Shown: positions 25,946 to 39,789, numbered from the whole stretch's first letter. The stretch is 51,756 nt of DNA, filler included, from Bipalium vagum (GCA_037834085.1; 3 parts of 3 records of this genome joined end to end with filler, not necessarily neighbours in it); one strand, 5' to 3'. Notes: generated from the letters alone by a model not told the origin. Made by a program: numbers and translations.

Positions 25946-28900
25946 TTACCTAACCCAGTTAAAAAGATAATCAATTACAAAACATTGACAAAAATTCATA
26001 AATAAAATAATAATACGTGACAATTATTGGTTTTTAAATAAAAATCAATAATTTTGTTATTTTAATAAAAATGCGATTATGTTGATTAATTAATATTTTT
26101 TGATAAAAATATTTTTCTCAACTTAAAAAGAATGACATCAGAGATAATTGATTTTTTGAAAGAAAACGCAGACAATTTTATTGAAAAAAATATTTTAATT
26201 CCATATAAAAACGTGATTTGTTTCATTTAACAAAGATGCTGTGATAATGAACAATTCAATTTATAATTTTGAAAATTAATAACTTTCGGTTATTAATTAG
26301 TCAGTTTTATAAATACCACGTCTACTAGATGATAAGAGTTGACTTCACAATGGGAACAATTATCATGATAAATATTACACAATGAGATTTATTTCTATTT
26401 AAAACCGACAGAAACCAGTCGTTACTAATGTTGTCCTCGATCTTTGTTTTTCCTCTCTACATTTCACTTAAACCTCTTCTGATTCACATAAATACTTAAA
26501 ATATCGTATGGCAATTGACCGATTCTGAATATTCTGTACTTATGCAACTTTATATAATATTAACATTTTTTAAAAATCGATAAAATTGTCACAATCAAGA
26601 GATATTTTGGAAAATTTCCGACATATCGTCATCAACACACTTAAATTTTCGCTTTCAGACAATATTTTTTGATCAAGACAAATCAAAGCGGTGCCCCTCT
26701 CCATCCTCCTCTCTTTTCTCTGCTTTGTTTAGATTAGAAATGATAACATTTTAAAAATTAGTGAATTGTGAGAGAAATACCAGAAAGTGTGACGAATGCT
26801 GGTTTAATGGCGATTGTGTTAGTGTGTGCATCTGTGTCTATTCGCGCATTTCATGAATCTATGTTACGGCGCTGCCATGGACAGTGGAATCAACAATTCA
26901 AATAGAGGCGGCGTAAATCGTGAAACAGTGCTGTCACCAGAACAAATAATAATTTACGAAAAAACGTTGAATACCAGACCATTTTGTTTAAGCCGAATAA
27001 GCTAGCACTAATCAATTAAAGTACATTGGTGATCGATAAAAATTAACTAGCAAGACTGGAATTTTCAACAAGATAACGAGAGAAATAGAGACAGAGATAG
27101 GCGAGATAAAGCCAATTATGTCAGTAACGAAAATTATTCTTCAAAAAATCCAGTACAGTTTTTTTCCCGATAATTGACTTAAATTTTTAAGAATTCCAAT
27201 TAAACAATTCAAGGTACCACCAAAAAAGTAATGTAATCATTTATTGTTAACTGAGAATTAAGGAACAAGTTTTCATTTATTGATTTATAAAAAAACTTAA
27301 GATTTTCCATCATTTTTAACGTTTTTCTTTTCTTAAACCGGGCCAATCCCTACCTCTCTTTATAAAATTGAAATTTGAAAGTACCCCATTTATATTTTTG
27401 GTCAAATTTTAATAATCATTATTATTAAAAATTAAAATATCTCACAGATGATTCAATTAATTTTTCAATTTAATTATATTATCTAACTATTCAAATTCTT
27501 ACGACATTTTTGTTCTAGAATTGATTTTCATTTGTTCCGATCGAAGGATTCGATTTTAAAGTTCAATCTTGAAAAACATTAAAATACAGGTTTTACAGTT
27601 AGAAAATCGATAATCTCTATATATGTTTTACTATCAACATCAATCAATTGTTTTTCATTTAATTTTCTCTTTAAAATATTATTATTATTTTCTAATAAGT
27701 CCTGAAAAATCAATAATCTCAAGGTTGATGAAAATAGTCAAAAAAGCATTATTTCATACAAGTGTCAAATTTATACGAAAGAAGTCGATAAAAACACGAT
27801 TTCAGAATATAAGAAATATTTCAGATAATACTTGATACCAAGTAAGAGCTATAAAAAAGAAAACCACAATTAATTGAAAAATAATATAATTCTTTGTTAT
27901 ATAATATAACTATCATTCAATAATCAATAAGAATTGAAGATTATTTACATATCACAATCACTTTAGCTTTTTAACGCTATCCGAACATGATAGAACGGTG
28001 AAACTTCAACGTAGATCAATGTTTGTTTAATTTAAATAAGATGCTTCAAAAAATAAAGTTTTCATCTGTGGTTTGTTTTTATGCACTTATAAATTCTTTT
28101 TATGGCTAGCTTTCTTTTCAGGTCATCGATTTAATAGCTAAGAAGTTATTCTACTTTTTTTCTCAAAATTTAATAAAAATTTTAAAAATAATAATAATGA
28201 TAAATAGTAATAAAATGTCAAGATAATGATAATTTTAATAAAAATAGTATTAGAAATGAAATATTGAAAATAATAATGATGGTTATTGCAATATTAATAA
28301 AATAATATTTTTTATGTTATTAAATAAAAAAATATTTATTGCAATATTAATAATTTTAATCAATAAAAATGTTGTCAATATTATTTAAAATAATATTATT
28401 ATAAAATAACCCTTATCAGTATAACCAAAATTGATTTGGTTTTAAACTAAAGGTTCAAAATTAGGAAGTTAACAGATAACTATGGTTCAACGACTTTCAC
28501 TATATTTGTTTATATCGATGAATTTTATCACTTTTATATTTAATCAATGAAAGTTAAGTTCATTTTCAATGTAAATAATGAGCAAAAATCAACAGACATT
28601 TCTCAGTGTAATTTTTTCCTATGGTACAGCTTTTCTAATTCACCCCTCTTGTTAAAAGTCCAATAATTTTATCATTTCCATTACAAACCAGCTGGTGCGA
28701 GACAAAATAATTAAAATGCTACTACTGATTATTATTTTGTGGCTCCGAAGAAAAAGAAGACTGAATTATTTACCATCGGGTATTGTTTCACTAGCGCTGT
28801 AGAGAGATGAAGGGTGAATAAAGATCTCTTTCAGTTAACAATAAATCGTTATTACAAGTATCGATTTGATCAAGTATTGGGATTCAATTTTTTCAAAAAT

Positions 28901-29281
28901 AATATTATCAACAAATATGATAATAATTCTCAAATTTCTTAACATTTTTAAAGAAAATCAAAATTAAATGAAGACATTAGTTTTGCACATACATGAGTAA
29001 AAAATAAAACACGAACGAGGTGAATATAAAGAGAATTTTCACAGAACTAGAAAAAAAATCCATTCATTAGTTTAAACATTTTTTAATCGTTAAAAAATAG
29101 TTTAATTAAAAATAGATTTATTAGCTGAAAAAAGAACTAAGAATGAATAAAAAAATTGTGAGAAGTATTAACACTCGAATTAGTTCATTTCAGACTTTGA
29201 TAATAATATTAACAATAAAAAATAAATCGATATGACCAATAAAATCAATGGAATTATAAACATTGAATGAGTGAAACTCAC

Positions 29282-30203
29282 CTTTAACATCACTACATTT
29301 CTCGGCTGCAGTGGTCAAAATATCCACCACACCAACCGTATCATTGTCATCGCTATGGACACACTTGTCGTTCGATTCATAGGCTACATTTGCATTTTTG
29401 TTTTGCGACTTCAGTTTTTCTTGCATCTGCAAATGGCGATCGATCTCCTCCGTGTTAACGTAGCTTGAATGGATCCGTTGATTGGTGTTGGTCTCAACCA
29501 GAGCGTCGGAACTGTCGGTAGAACACAACTGCAGCTGCAATTGCAACTGTTGTTGTTGCTGTTGGATTTCCCTAGCTTTTCGTTTCCGTTTGTAATAGAC
29601 CTCATTGATGTTCTTATACGTTACTATAAGAAACACGGATAACTTTCGCAAAGGACTCGGTTCAGAAACATAATTGAAGCTAGTAGTTTTTGACAAATCA
29701 TTGGTGCGCAACGGATTTGTATTGACATTTATCGATTGAGGAATTTTATTTATATTCGAGTAATTGGACGAGAAAGAAACCTCAGGAGCCACAATAGATC
29801 CACTGTGGAGCGTTGGATAATGATAAATCGGCGTTATTCCTGCTTCACTTGAATGTGTGGATCGTACGATATCATCGTTAAGATTCAACAGAGAAAAATC
29901 GTTGAAAATGCTCTTAGAGTAGTTGTCTATCATATTGTTCTGATAAGCAACGTGTGATGACAGTCCACTATCCGCATATGAAAAAATATTAGATTTGCAA
30001 TAATTTATAGAATCGTTTTGAGATGACTTGGAAAAATTCAACTGATCCATTGTTACCAGATGACCATAGCGACTGTTTTGCGATTTTAAGACTTTATTTT
30101 GATCTTCCATCTCTGAATAAACTATTTTATCTAATAAATCGTTATTTCGATTTATTTTATTTATGTCATTAATTATGGCTTTCGATATCAAATTATTAAT
30201 CAT
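29282..30203 (-). CDS. DYRK1A: DYRK1/minibrain kinase, first coding exon (N-terminal region with NLS)
   Basis: 307 codons + 1 nt ending AAAG|gtgagt. Contains PLRKLSVFLIVTYKNINEVYYKRKRK (DYRK1A [27 protein letters not shown]) and a poly-Q. A candidate acceptor at 30348 (gttttag|) suggests an upstream non-coding exon. The start Met is uncertain. Confidence 0.9.
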
Positions 30204-31469
30204 TCACAAACAATAACGTGCAATAAACAATAACATTTATCCTGATTTACTGATTCTTTATTATAATTTCAATGAAATTTTATTTTGTTTGAGATTCATA
30301 GACAATCATTCATGCACCTTCTATGTCGAGAATTAGCAGCTTTTCATCCTAAAACGAGGATAAAATAAACAATGGAATTTTATTCAGAAAATTTTAAAGT
30401 AATAAATTCATATAAAATTAGCTTGACATATGTAAAAATAAAAAATAAATATAATTGTTGACACGACTTGTAGCCATTCATAAATAGAAATTAAGTTTAA
30501 CACTAAATTTAAACATGACTTATTAAAACGAAATGAAAATAAAAATTTTTTTTTCAACATTTTATTTTTACTTTAAATTAATGTTAACTTGTAAAAATCA
30601 GTAACTTTACCTAATAAATTAATTAAGTTTTGGATAAGCACTTTTAAACAGGTATATTTATGATATCGTGCTACAATTAGTATTTATTAAATGTTCATCA
30701 TGTTATTCTGAAATTCATTAATGTTGAAACCAACAAAAACGAAAATTAAATAATTTTAAACTAGACATCTTTTTACAAGGGTATTTTTATAGTTTAAGCA
30801 TTTTATATTAAGAACATGGGTCTCACTTTAAAAATCCTAAACCCATCCACTTTTAGAATTTTTCAGTAAATATGGAATTAATACAACTACAAATTTTGAT
30901 TTAATGGATATTGCTGAAGATTTAGTAATACCTTTAAAAGTGTTAATGAAAGATGAGATTACTGAAAAAGGAATAAAATCTGTAAAAACTCTAATTGTAA
31001 TTATGATTAATATTCTTTCGATATATCATAGGAATTCCAAGTGGCATTCTGTCCACCAACCAATTGGACCATTTCCTTATTCTTTTCACACTGTAAGAGT
31101 CATCAGATGGGAACAATAAAAGAAGAGGACAGAAGATTCAACGAATCGTTCAGTATCAACCGAGAACCAGTTACAATAAAAATATAATTGCAATCATGAT
31201 GGTGGAAAATTTATATAAAAAATTTGATTATGAACATTTTATGATTTATGTCACTGTATCTTGCTTGACTGAGAACATTCTATTGTGTAATGAAAAATAT
31301 TTTATTATTAAAAAAATTTCATTCTATAAAAAACATTTTAATAAATTGTGATAAATATTTAATTTCAGAAGAACTAATTGGTTTCTTAATAGTCCCATAA
31401 AGACTTAGTCCCAAGTAATTAAAATAAAAAATAAATAACAAGAAATTACATTTTTGCATTACAGTATTT

Positions 31470-31589
31470 ATGTCAGTGGTTTATGTCAAAAGAATATTAA
31501 AAAATATAAAATAAAGTTACCACAAAACTATATTAATAATCTCAAAGAGAACGACACACCGTACAGATTGAAAAACATCGATAATAATA

Positions 31590-31656
<67 letters not shown>

Positions 31657-32436
31657 TAAAATAATCAGGTTGATGATTTTGATAATTCCAGTTTTAATTG
31701 GGACGTTAATAACTATAATGGTTGTGGTAATAACAATAATTATGATAGCCCGGTAATTAACTTCGTCGTCGAGGTTGGAAGTGACAATTATGCTCCGTCG
31801 TCGGAGTTATCAAATTCTTCTATCTCGGCATGGAGACAGATATGGTAATTACAGGCTATTGACGGAAATAGCTATCTCGAAGCGTAATGGTTGATGATCG
31901 TAGCCCAATCTCTACGACTATATAAAGATACGGCTATTCCCGTCAATTTGCCCAAAAACACTGTGAAACGACGAAACCAATTCTTTGACGACTCAATTAT
32001 TCCTTGGAAGTGGATATGACAACACAGAAGGATTTAACAATGGGACGAAGCGAGCTTGGAAATTCCTAGGCAACCTGAGAAGGACCTAGAAGGCGACCCG
32101 GGAACCCCTTGTCACTCTTGGTGAGACCGTTTTACTTTACTCTTGACTATTTCTTTTGTCATCATTTCTTTCTTCTCTTTTATTTTTTAACAGTAACAGT
32201 ATTTACTTTTTTATCATTTATTCCTGGTGAAGTTTTTATTTATTGGACTCATTAATTATAGGGTGATTTATAGAAGTGATTTGTCGTTGTGATTATTATT
32301 ATTCTCTTGTGTGATTGTTTTTTTATTCAATTAAAGTTTTATTGTAGAAGTTTTGATTCAGTTCTTAGGGAGCGGATACAGTATTATCGTAGTGTTTTGA
32401 TTCGAATAAGGTTTGAAAAAGAAACGAACACAACAT
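31470..32436 (+). mobile_element. Possible solo LTR / retroelement non-coding remnant
   Basis: GC-richer non-coding block with TATATAAA (~31918), ATTAAA (~32330) and an ...CACAACA end. No TSD found; left boundary is a guess. Confidence 0.3.
31581..31656. repeat. (AAT)n microsatellite
   Basis: Near-perfect trinucleotide run. It explains the poly-Ile in spurious ORF 31454-31756. Confidence 0.95.
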
Positions 32437-32507
32437 CTTTATAAAAAAGAGGAGTCACAAGCACACGAGCACACGTTACTACGTCAAAGTATTATAGTAA
32501 CAAATAA

Positions 32508-32621
32508 AAATATATAAACCCAGTGTAAATATATAAACCCAGTGTAAAAATATATACCCAGTTTAAAAATATATACCCAGTGTAAAAATATACACCCAGT
32601 GTAAATATATAAACCCAGTGT
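32508..32621. repeat. 19-bp minisatellite, 6 units
   Basis: Units AAATATATAAACCCAGTGT / AAAAATATATACCCAGTGT in head-to-tail array. Confidence 0.92.
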
Positions 32622-32649
32622 AAGTGAATTATCATATTCACTCAAATTA

Positions 32650-34441
32650 CAGTAAAGTCTCCTGTAGGGAGCACTCTCGTCTTAAAGGTATTTGATATAG
32701 GGGGCACATTCGGGTGTAAGGAGCATCTTGAAAAATCAAATCAAAAAATGCCCCTTTTAAAATTTTAGATCATTTTATATTCTAATCATTTTATATCTCT
32801 AATGTTAATAATAAGAAATATTTTTTGTTTCAATAATATAAAAGACTAATCATCTAACTATTTTTTTAAAAATTCATATTAAAAAAAATATATAATTACC
32901 TCCAATAACATAATAATGGAAGAGAAAATTATTATATATTATTATATAAAATATAAAGAAGATTCATGTGTTAAGAGAACATTGTATTCCTCTTACTAGT
33001 CCAAATATCAAAAATATTGAGTTAAAAATTGCAAAAAAACAAAGAAATAATGAATTTAAAGCTTCAGGAGGATAATTTTCAAATTTTAAAAGATTACACG
33101 GACTTAACTAAAGAAAATTCACGGCGAAATGAAAGATTCTAATCAAGATGCAGCGAGAAAATATACTGAGGAATTTAAGACTGTTACTAGAGATTACGAA
33201 TTAAGGAATATATTCAACGCAGATGAAACAGCTCTTTTTTATAAAGCCTTGCCAACTAAGAGCTATGTATTAAAATCCGAAAAAATTCAAGGTAAAAAGA
33301 GAAACAAAAAGCGATTGACAGTATTGTTTTGTTGTTCTTGTACCGGAGAGAAATTGCTCCTTTAGTGATTGGGACAAGTAAATATCCACGAGCTCTTAAA
33401 AATATTGATATGAAATCTTTAGGAGTCATATATGAGTCTACTAAAAAGGTTTGGATGACGCGTGATTTATTTTCTAGGTGGTAAGTCAAAGTCAACGAAA
33501 ATTTTAAAAACAAAAAAGAAAAATTGTACTATTAATTGACAATGGTCTGAGTCATATTATGACTACACTTTCTAGTATAACAATTTTTATTTATGCCAAA
33601 GGATACCACAACCATATTGCAGCCTTGCGACCAGGGCATAATAAAAACGTTCAAAACTTTTTACAGAAGCTTTCAAATTGAAGAATTAGTTACATCTGTT
33701 CTTATAGCGGGTAATTTTTTAAAAATTACACTATTAAATGCAATTGAATGGACCATTTTCTCTTGGAGCAAAGTCTCAGAAGAAGTTATTATAATAGTTT
33801 TAGACACAGTAAATTAATAGAACACAATTCATTGCAGAAAGAGAAAACATTGAAAGATGAAAAGATCCTAATACAAGACATTAACGTAAACGAACGAGAA
33901 TTAATTCAGAGTAATCTCGAAATTTTGAACAATAACAATTATGAAACATGTTTTATAAACAATTTCCTTGAAATCGACGATAGAATCATAGAAAAACATG
34001 AAAATATTTTTGATGTTACTATAATGGACAATAGCGTTAGCGATATTGTTGAGGAAGAATTAATTGAGAATGAAGCCGAGGGTGCAGTAGAAAATTCGAT
34101 GAAAAGTGAAACTGATGAAGAAGTTGAAAAGTCGCCTGAAATAGAGTTTTCAATAGCTGAGAATCGATTGGAATTGGAACGAAAGTTATATGAATCAATC
34201 AGCTTTATTCAATCAAATATTTCGATGACTTGTCCAGAGTCTGTACAAGAATTTTACGAATTCAAAAGGAAGTTTCATTCCAATTTTAATAAAAGAATGA
34301 AAGTACAAAAGAAAATAACTGATTATATGTTTGTTGAATAAAATAATTAATAAATATTTTTGATTTTTGAAATTATCTTTTCCTAAGGGGCACTTCGAGA
34401 AATTTCTAAATCAAAAGAGCCCACTATATGAGAGTTTACTG
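32650..34441 (+). mobile_element. pogo/Tigger DNA transposon (~1.8 kb) with pseudogenised transposase
   Basis: TIRs TA|CAGTAAAGTCTC.. and ..GAGAGTTTACTG|TA. Motifs IFNADETALFYKALP, RLTVL, WMT, LLIDN..SH and TTILQPCDQGII are split over ORFs 33129-33365, 33593-33817 and 33748-34341. C-terminal QKKITDYM is PIP-box-like. Confidence 0.93.
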
Positions 34442-34679
34442 TAATTAAATAAATTAAACAGAACGTGAATATTACTTCCTGTTTCTGTCTTTATAAATTA
34501 AATTCTACTGTACTCTTTTTGTGTTAATTTCCGATAATTACGGTTTGATAAACTAATTATTAGTTTCGGTATTTTACTTTAGGTCGTCTGTATATTTCCT
34601 AGATCAGATTGATTTCTTCTTTAATGAAATAGTGTCATTTTGATCTCAGCTTTAAAAACTTAAAAAAATTGTAAAAATG

Positions 34680-34746
34680 TATTGGGTAGTTGCATTAATT
34701 CTCGCTGTTTTTAACGAAAATAAAAAAGTTAAATAAAAACTCAATA
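34680..34746 (+). repeat. Terminus of a mariner-like repeat just upstream of assembly gap 2
   Basis: Near-identical to 16561-16628. Confidence 0.75.
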
Positions 34747-34792
34747 TACATTTATTTTTACATGAGATGTCAAGCAAAATATTGTCCATTAT

Positions 34793-34892
34793 NNNNNNNN
34801 NNNNNNNNNNNNNNNNNNNNNNNNNNNNNNNNNNNNTTAATTAATTAANNNNNNNNNNNNNNNNNNNNNNNNNNNNNNNNNNNNNNNNNNNN
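34793..34892. other. Assembly gap with artificial stop-codon linker
   Basis: 44 N + TTAATTAATTAA + 44 N. Confidence 0.97.
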
Positions 34893-35099
34893 TTTTGAAC
34901 GATAAATATTTAATATTTTTATGAAAACATTTTTAAATGAATTTAACAGAGTAAATTATTTCTATGATTTTATTAATTAAAATTTTTTAATCCAATTTAA
35001 AATGTTTACTACGCAAAAATTACTTTCCATATTCGGTTAAAGTACACTGCTACTGAAAATAATTATTTAATACATTTTAAATTTTTATTTAACATATTT

Positions 35100-35275
35100 A
35101 TTATAATAATAATAATTATTATTATTATTATTAATCATTATTATCTCTTATTATTATTAATTATTATTTTTTTATAATTATTAATTATTTTATTATTATT
35201 ATTATCATTATTATTATTAATCATTATTATTTTTTCTTTTAATTATTATTATTATTAATTATTATTATTAATGAC
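35100..35275. repeat. Degenerate (ATT)n low-complexity tract
   Basis: Interrupted ATT/AAT repeats. Confidence 0.8.
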
Positions 35276-35985
35276 TGAACTTCATGAATGTATTCTCAAG
35301 GAAAAAATTTCTATTGTATTATGGAAATCATTTGTTTTCAAAACGTCTTCGACAACTATTCACACCAATGAACTTGTATTTCTTCTTCCAGGCATGGTTG
35401 ATTCTGTTAAGAATTATTTTTGAACAAGAATTGTAAATTTCATATTTTATTGATTTCAGATACGTCTTTATTGTGATCTTTCGATTTTCTTTTTGATCAC
35501 AATATTCATTAACAATAACTCATAAATTCTTTGACATGTTTGTGTATCATAAAGTTCAAAATGAATTTTTTAAGCCCGATAAAAAATATCTAAATCATAA
35601 AATCATATTCTAAAACAAAGTGAATCTTCCAAATGTTCACCCTTCTCTAAATTGAGAACCTTCACAGTTGAAGAAAAAACTCGTATAACACATATGTAGA
35701 AAATTTATTTTCATCTCTACTTTACTCCATCGTAAACGGAAGAGGACATTCAGAACTTTGATTGCCATTGATTTCTGTGTCGTTTTAAAAGGTATACTAT
35801 TCCGGTAAATATTATTTCTTCTACAGAAATGACTTCAAGATATATAAAATTATATTCAGAAATTTATTATCAGTACAAAAAGGGTTTCAGATCAATAATA
35901 ATTTTAAAAATATATTAATAAGAAAGAATGAGGGCATGAAAAGTTCTGAAATTAATTAAATAAGAAATGATATAATGATAAAATA

Positions 35986-37068
35986 TCAGGTAACGAACTA
36001 AGTTTGTTAGCCCGGGGATTCTCATTTTTCTACAGATTTAAATTTTCTTTGTTTTACTTTGCTGCTCAAACATGTGAGTTTCAAATGTACTGTATAATTA
36101 ATGTTATTAACCATTATCCTCTGGAATAGGTGCTCCAAAAGTTCGCTGGACAAATCACAAACTCTAGCAATTATTTATAACGAATGGAAAAATAACACAA
36201 GCACAAATGAAACAGTCTTAAAACTTAACGAAGTGCTTGGTGAAGGAATAATGCAACTGTGAAAAGTCCAAAATTGAGTAAAAAAATTCAATAGTGGCGA
36301 TTTTTCATTGGAAGACAGAGAGAGGTCTGGAAGGCCAAAAGAGTTGGAGGATTATCAAATTATGGATCCCTATTGAAGAAAACAGATCAATTAGTGCTAA
36401 ACAAATCGCTTCTGAGTTAAATATAAGCGATACAATCGTAAGAAACCGACTGAAAGCGTTAGGATTCACTTCTTAACTCGACAAACGAAACCTTACACAA
36501 AACAAGGTTCTTTTATGCATTTGATGGGATTCTCGTGGAAATATTTATCAGGAGTTTCTCAAATCCGAGAAAACCATTAATTCTGATATCTTTTGTGACA
36601 TGCTAAGAAGAGTTCATGCCATTATGAAGGAAAACCTGAGCAGTTTGATAAACCGAAAACAAGTGATTTTCCACCAAGATAATGCCAAATCTCACAAATC
36701 AATGAAGACATTGAAGGTTATTCAGGAATTGAACTGGAGTCAAAAAACATTCGCCATATAGTTCCAATATCGCCTTAGCCGATATTTATTTGTTCCGGGT
36801 ATTACAGAATCACTTGATAGGTAAAAGTTTTAAGAGTTCCGAGGATATAAAGAATGAAGTACTTTCTTTCTTTCATTTAAAAGATCGAGATTTCTTTAAT
36901 GCAGAGATCAATAAACATCTAAATAGATGGGAGGCAGTAATAGAAAAAGATGGGGAATATTTGGATGATTTATTGTTTAATAATGTTTTATGATTAATAA
37001 ATTAAATTTAACTTCAGTCTTAGTTTAATTTTTAATTAAAAAACGAAAAAACGTTGTTCGTTATCTGA
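35986..37068 (+). mobile_element. Decayed mariner transposon (~1.08 kb, internally deleted)
   Basis: Ends TA|TCAGGTAACGAAC and GTTCGTTATCTGA. Remnants ISAKQIASELNISDTIVRNRLK, KVLLCI*WDSRG, VIFHQDNAKSH and YLFRVLQNHL...RWEAVIEKDGEYL. Confidence 0.9.
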
Positions 37069-39249
37069 TTTTAAATACGTTCATTGTCATATTTTCGTAG
37101 AAAACCTTCTTGGATAAATCAATTTAAAACGTTGGGGGGTGAAAGAATGAAGAAAAACAACCTAAGAATTTTCAATCAACAGTATACCAAGGTGAGTCCA
37201 AGGTTTAAAAAATTTTTACATTTCATTCAAAGAAGTGCGTAACCGAAATATATTTATCACTCCCGAGTGAAAGGGTCATCAGTATGACCTGAGAATGTTT
37301 CCATTTATACTTATATTGTGAAATGTATTAATAAACAAACCTCACTTATATTTTTAAATATTAAATTACTTAAAATAATTTTAGAGTAATAATAAATGAC
37401 TTTTTATTCAAACAGGGCCTATCTAACCAAACGCTTTCAATACAAGAATTTAGTAAATAATATTAAAAAATATTCGATAATGTTGATTGAAATGTTACGA
37501 AAATTAGAATATTTTTGAAGTCAGGGACGCCTACTCCCGGTGGAGTCAAAATCTCTACTAACAAAACGAATTTAATTTCTTTCCATCCAGGAGGATAAGA
37601 GGATGTGGTGAACATATTGCATATAATAGTATAAAATAATATAATCAAATATTAAGTGATCTTGCTAAAATTTATTTCTGTAGAATTCTGTAAACAATAA
37701 AAAATTATTTGACACATATTTCTAAAATGAACTTTAAAAAGTATAAACAGAAATCGCCGTTTTTATTTTTGGTTTGAAAATTTAAAAAAACTAAACAGAA
37801 TTTTCAATTTTCACACATTTTAATAATGTATTTCTATTGTGCCTCTATGAGAGAAAAATCTATAAAATCTATATATTTTCTTCTTATAAATATTGAACAA
37901 AACCAATAACTCATGAATTAATTTTATAAGTTATTTAGTAATATATAAATGTAATAATATTTTCTGATTAAAATATTAAACGAACAGGTTATACGCCAAA
38001 ACAATATTTATCAATAACAAAAACATTCATATTACGATAAATATAAAAACAAAAATCATAATATTTTATAACCGCAAGCTCAAAAATTATTGTCGCTTAT
38101 ATTTCTAACGTGCTTCTCTTAGCAACGAATCAAAATAATCACAATAAATTTTATTTTCTATAACAAAGCGACAACAAATTAATCGATTCACCAATCACTA
38201 ACAATAATCAGAATAAATAAATGATAAAATCAGAATAATCGAATGAGCATCAGATGGTTTTTGTAGCGCTCAGATTTGGAATGACTCAAAATTGAGTACT
38301 GACAATTAATCTGATAATAAAATACTCTAAAGAAAATTACCACTCAATTGATTCAGCAGTCCATTGAGGTCTCCATCGTCTTTTAATATTTGTCAATCGA
38401 CTGCTCAATGGTTTACCAATACTCCAATCGGGGAATGTCAATTTATTTTTTAGTCTTTAATTTTTTAATTATTTAATTTTAATTTTTTAATTTTTTCAGT
38501 CTTTAATTTCGGACTTGAAATAATCTTTAAAAGTCGACATAGTCGAAACTAGAGGAAAAGAAAAAATATTATTATCGTAATAAAACTTATTCTTATTCGT
38601 CACACAATTTTGTGATATTTACAATTTATCGGAATGTATCTTTGGCCAAACCAACAGTTACAAATGTTGTACAAAATTCTTTTTAAAAAATAATTATGAA
38701 AGAAAATATGAAACCTTAACTTTTTGAAAGTTTATTATAAAATTAATTATGGAAATACTCGTAAAAGATATTTTGGAGGCACAATAATAACTTAATGTCA
38801 TAATGTCATAAGAGTTAATAAAAGGTTTTTATACAAGTAATGATGAAAAAGGTAAACGGTAAGGTTAAAAGTAGTTATCAAGATAACATTAAAAATTTGA
38901 AAGGGAAATATTCATTTACAAAGTTAAAATAAAAAGATATTTTTAAGGGATTTTCATAGACAAAAAATTTCCTAAAGAACCTCATTTAATATCAACATCC
39001 TTTGGAAAAATAAAATTGAGGTATCAATATCACAAATTTTTTAGGACACTAAATTGAGTCTGAAAATTTTAATGACATTGAAGATTGAACATTTCCTCCA
39101 ATTCCCAAATCAGATTCAATTTCTATAAAGAGAGTTGATCAAAACCCTATGGGGTTTCTAAAATTCATGTTAACAATTTTAAGATTTTTTTTTCATATTT
39201 TTGATATATTGATTATGCCTGATTTAAAAGATAATTTAAATACAACTCA

Positions 39250-39500
39250 AAGGGAAAACGTGAAAGGATATCAATTCACTAACTTGAGTAAATTCAATTA
39301 GTTCTTATAATTCTTAAATTTTGATATTTTCTTTAAAAAGAGCTTAAAGTTTACCAATTGTACGAAGTGTTGCAAAACTGAAACCAAATTTTTTATCTTT
39401 CATCAATGTCGAATAATAAAGAAATTATCAACAGGAACCTTGAGAATGTTGAGTTTTCTATTTGCATTTACCCTTGCTTATTTAATTTAATATGTTTTCC
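39250..39500 (+). mobile_element. Possible non-LTR retrotransposon (L1/Tx1-like) 3' zinc-knuckle remnant
   Basis: NCTKCCKTETKFFIFHQCRI at ~39355-39415 resembles the CxxC...ET..H...C motif. Surrounding frames are broken. Confidence 0.35.
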
Positions 39501-39789
39501 ATTATAAATATTCAGATCTGCAGATAACGATTGACTGCTTAGCTAAACTATACGTAAAAACAATTTGTTACTATTTTTAGATTTTATTTCAATTTTTGAC
39601 TTATTACTAAAATTAAAAATAACAATTAATAAATGTCTTGTGTTTTGTCAGACTTGACATGCTCAAATGTTTTAAACTTAATCACCGAATATTTTTTTAA
39701 ATTAGAAATACCACCATTTTAATATATAATTTCATTTAATAAAATAATTATTTTAATTCATTTTTTACTATTCTAATTTAATAAGTTAT

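Noticed and set aside
31060-31115. Hammerhead ribozyme core (CTGATGA..GAAA) on the minus strand; CTGATGA also at ~37280 and ~43136
   Set aside because: Stems II and III cannot be formed and the GAAA/UH geometry is missing.
31454-31756. ORF with a poly-Ile tract
   Set aside because: It is the translation of an (AAT)n microsatellite.
32508-32621. Regular 19-bp repeats as a possible CRISPR array
   Set aside because: The units are head-to-tail with no unique spacers, there are no cas genes, and the context is eukaryotic.
38341-38450. Possible upstream exon of DYRK1 (ends at a |gtaatt donor on the minus strand)
   Set aside because: No recognisable protein similarity or clear start, and it lies beyond an assembly gap. 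Needs RNA evidence.
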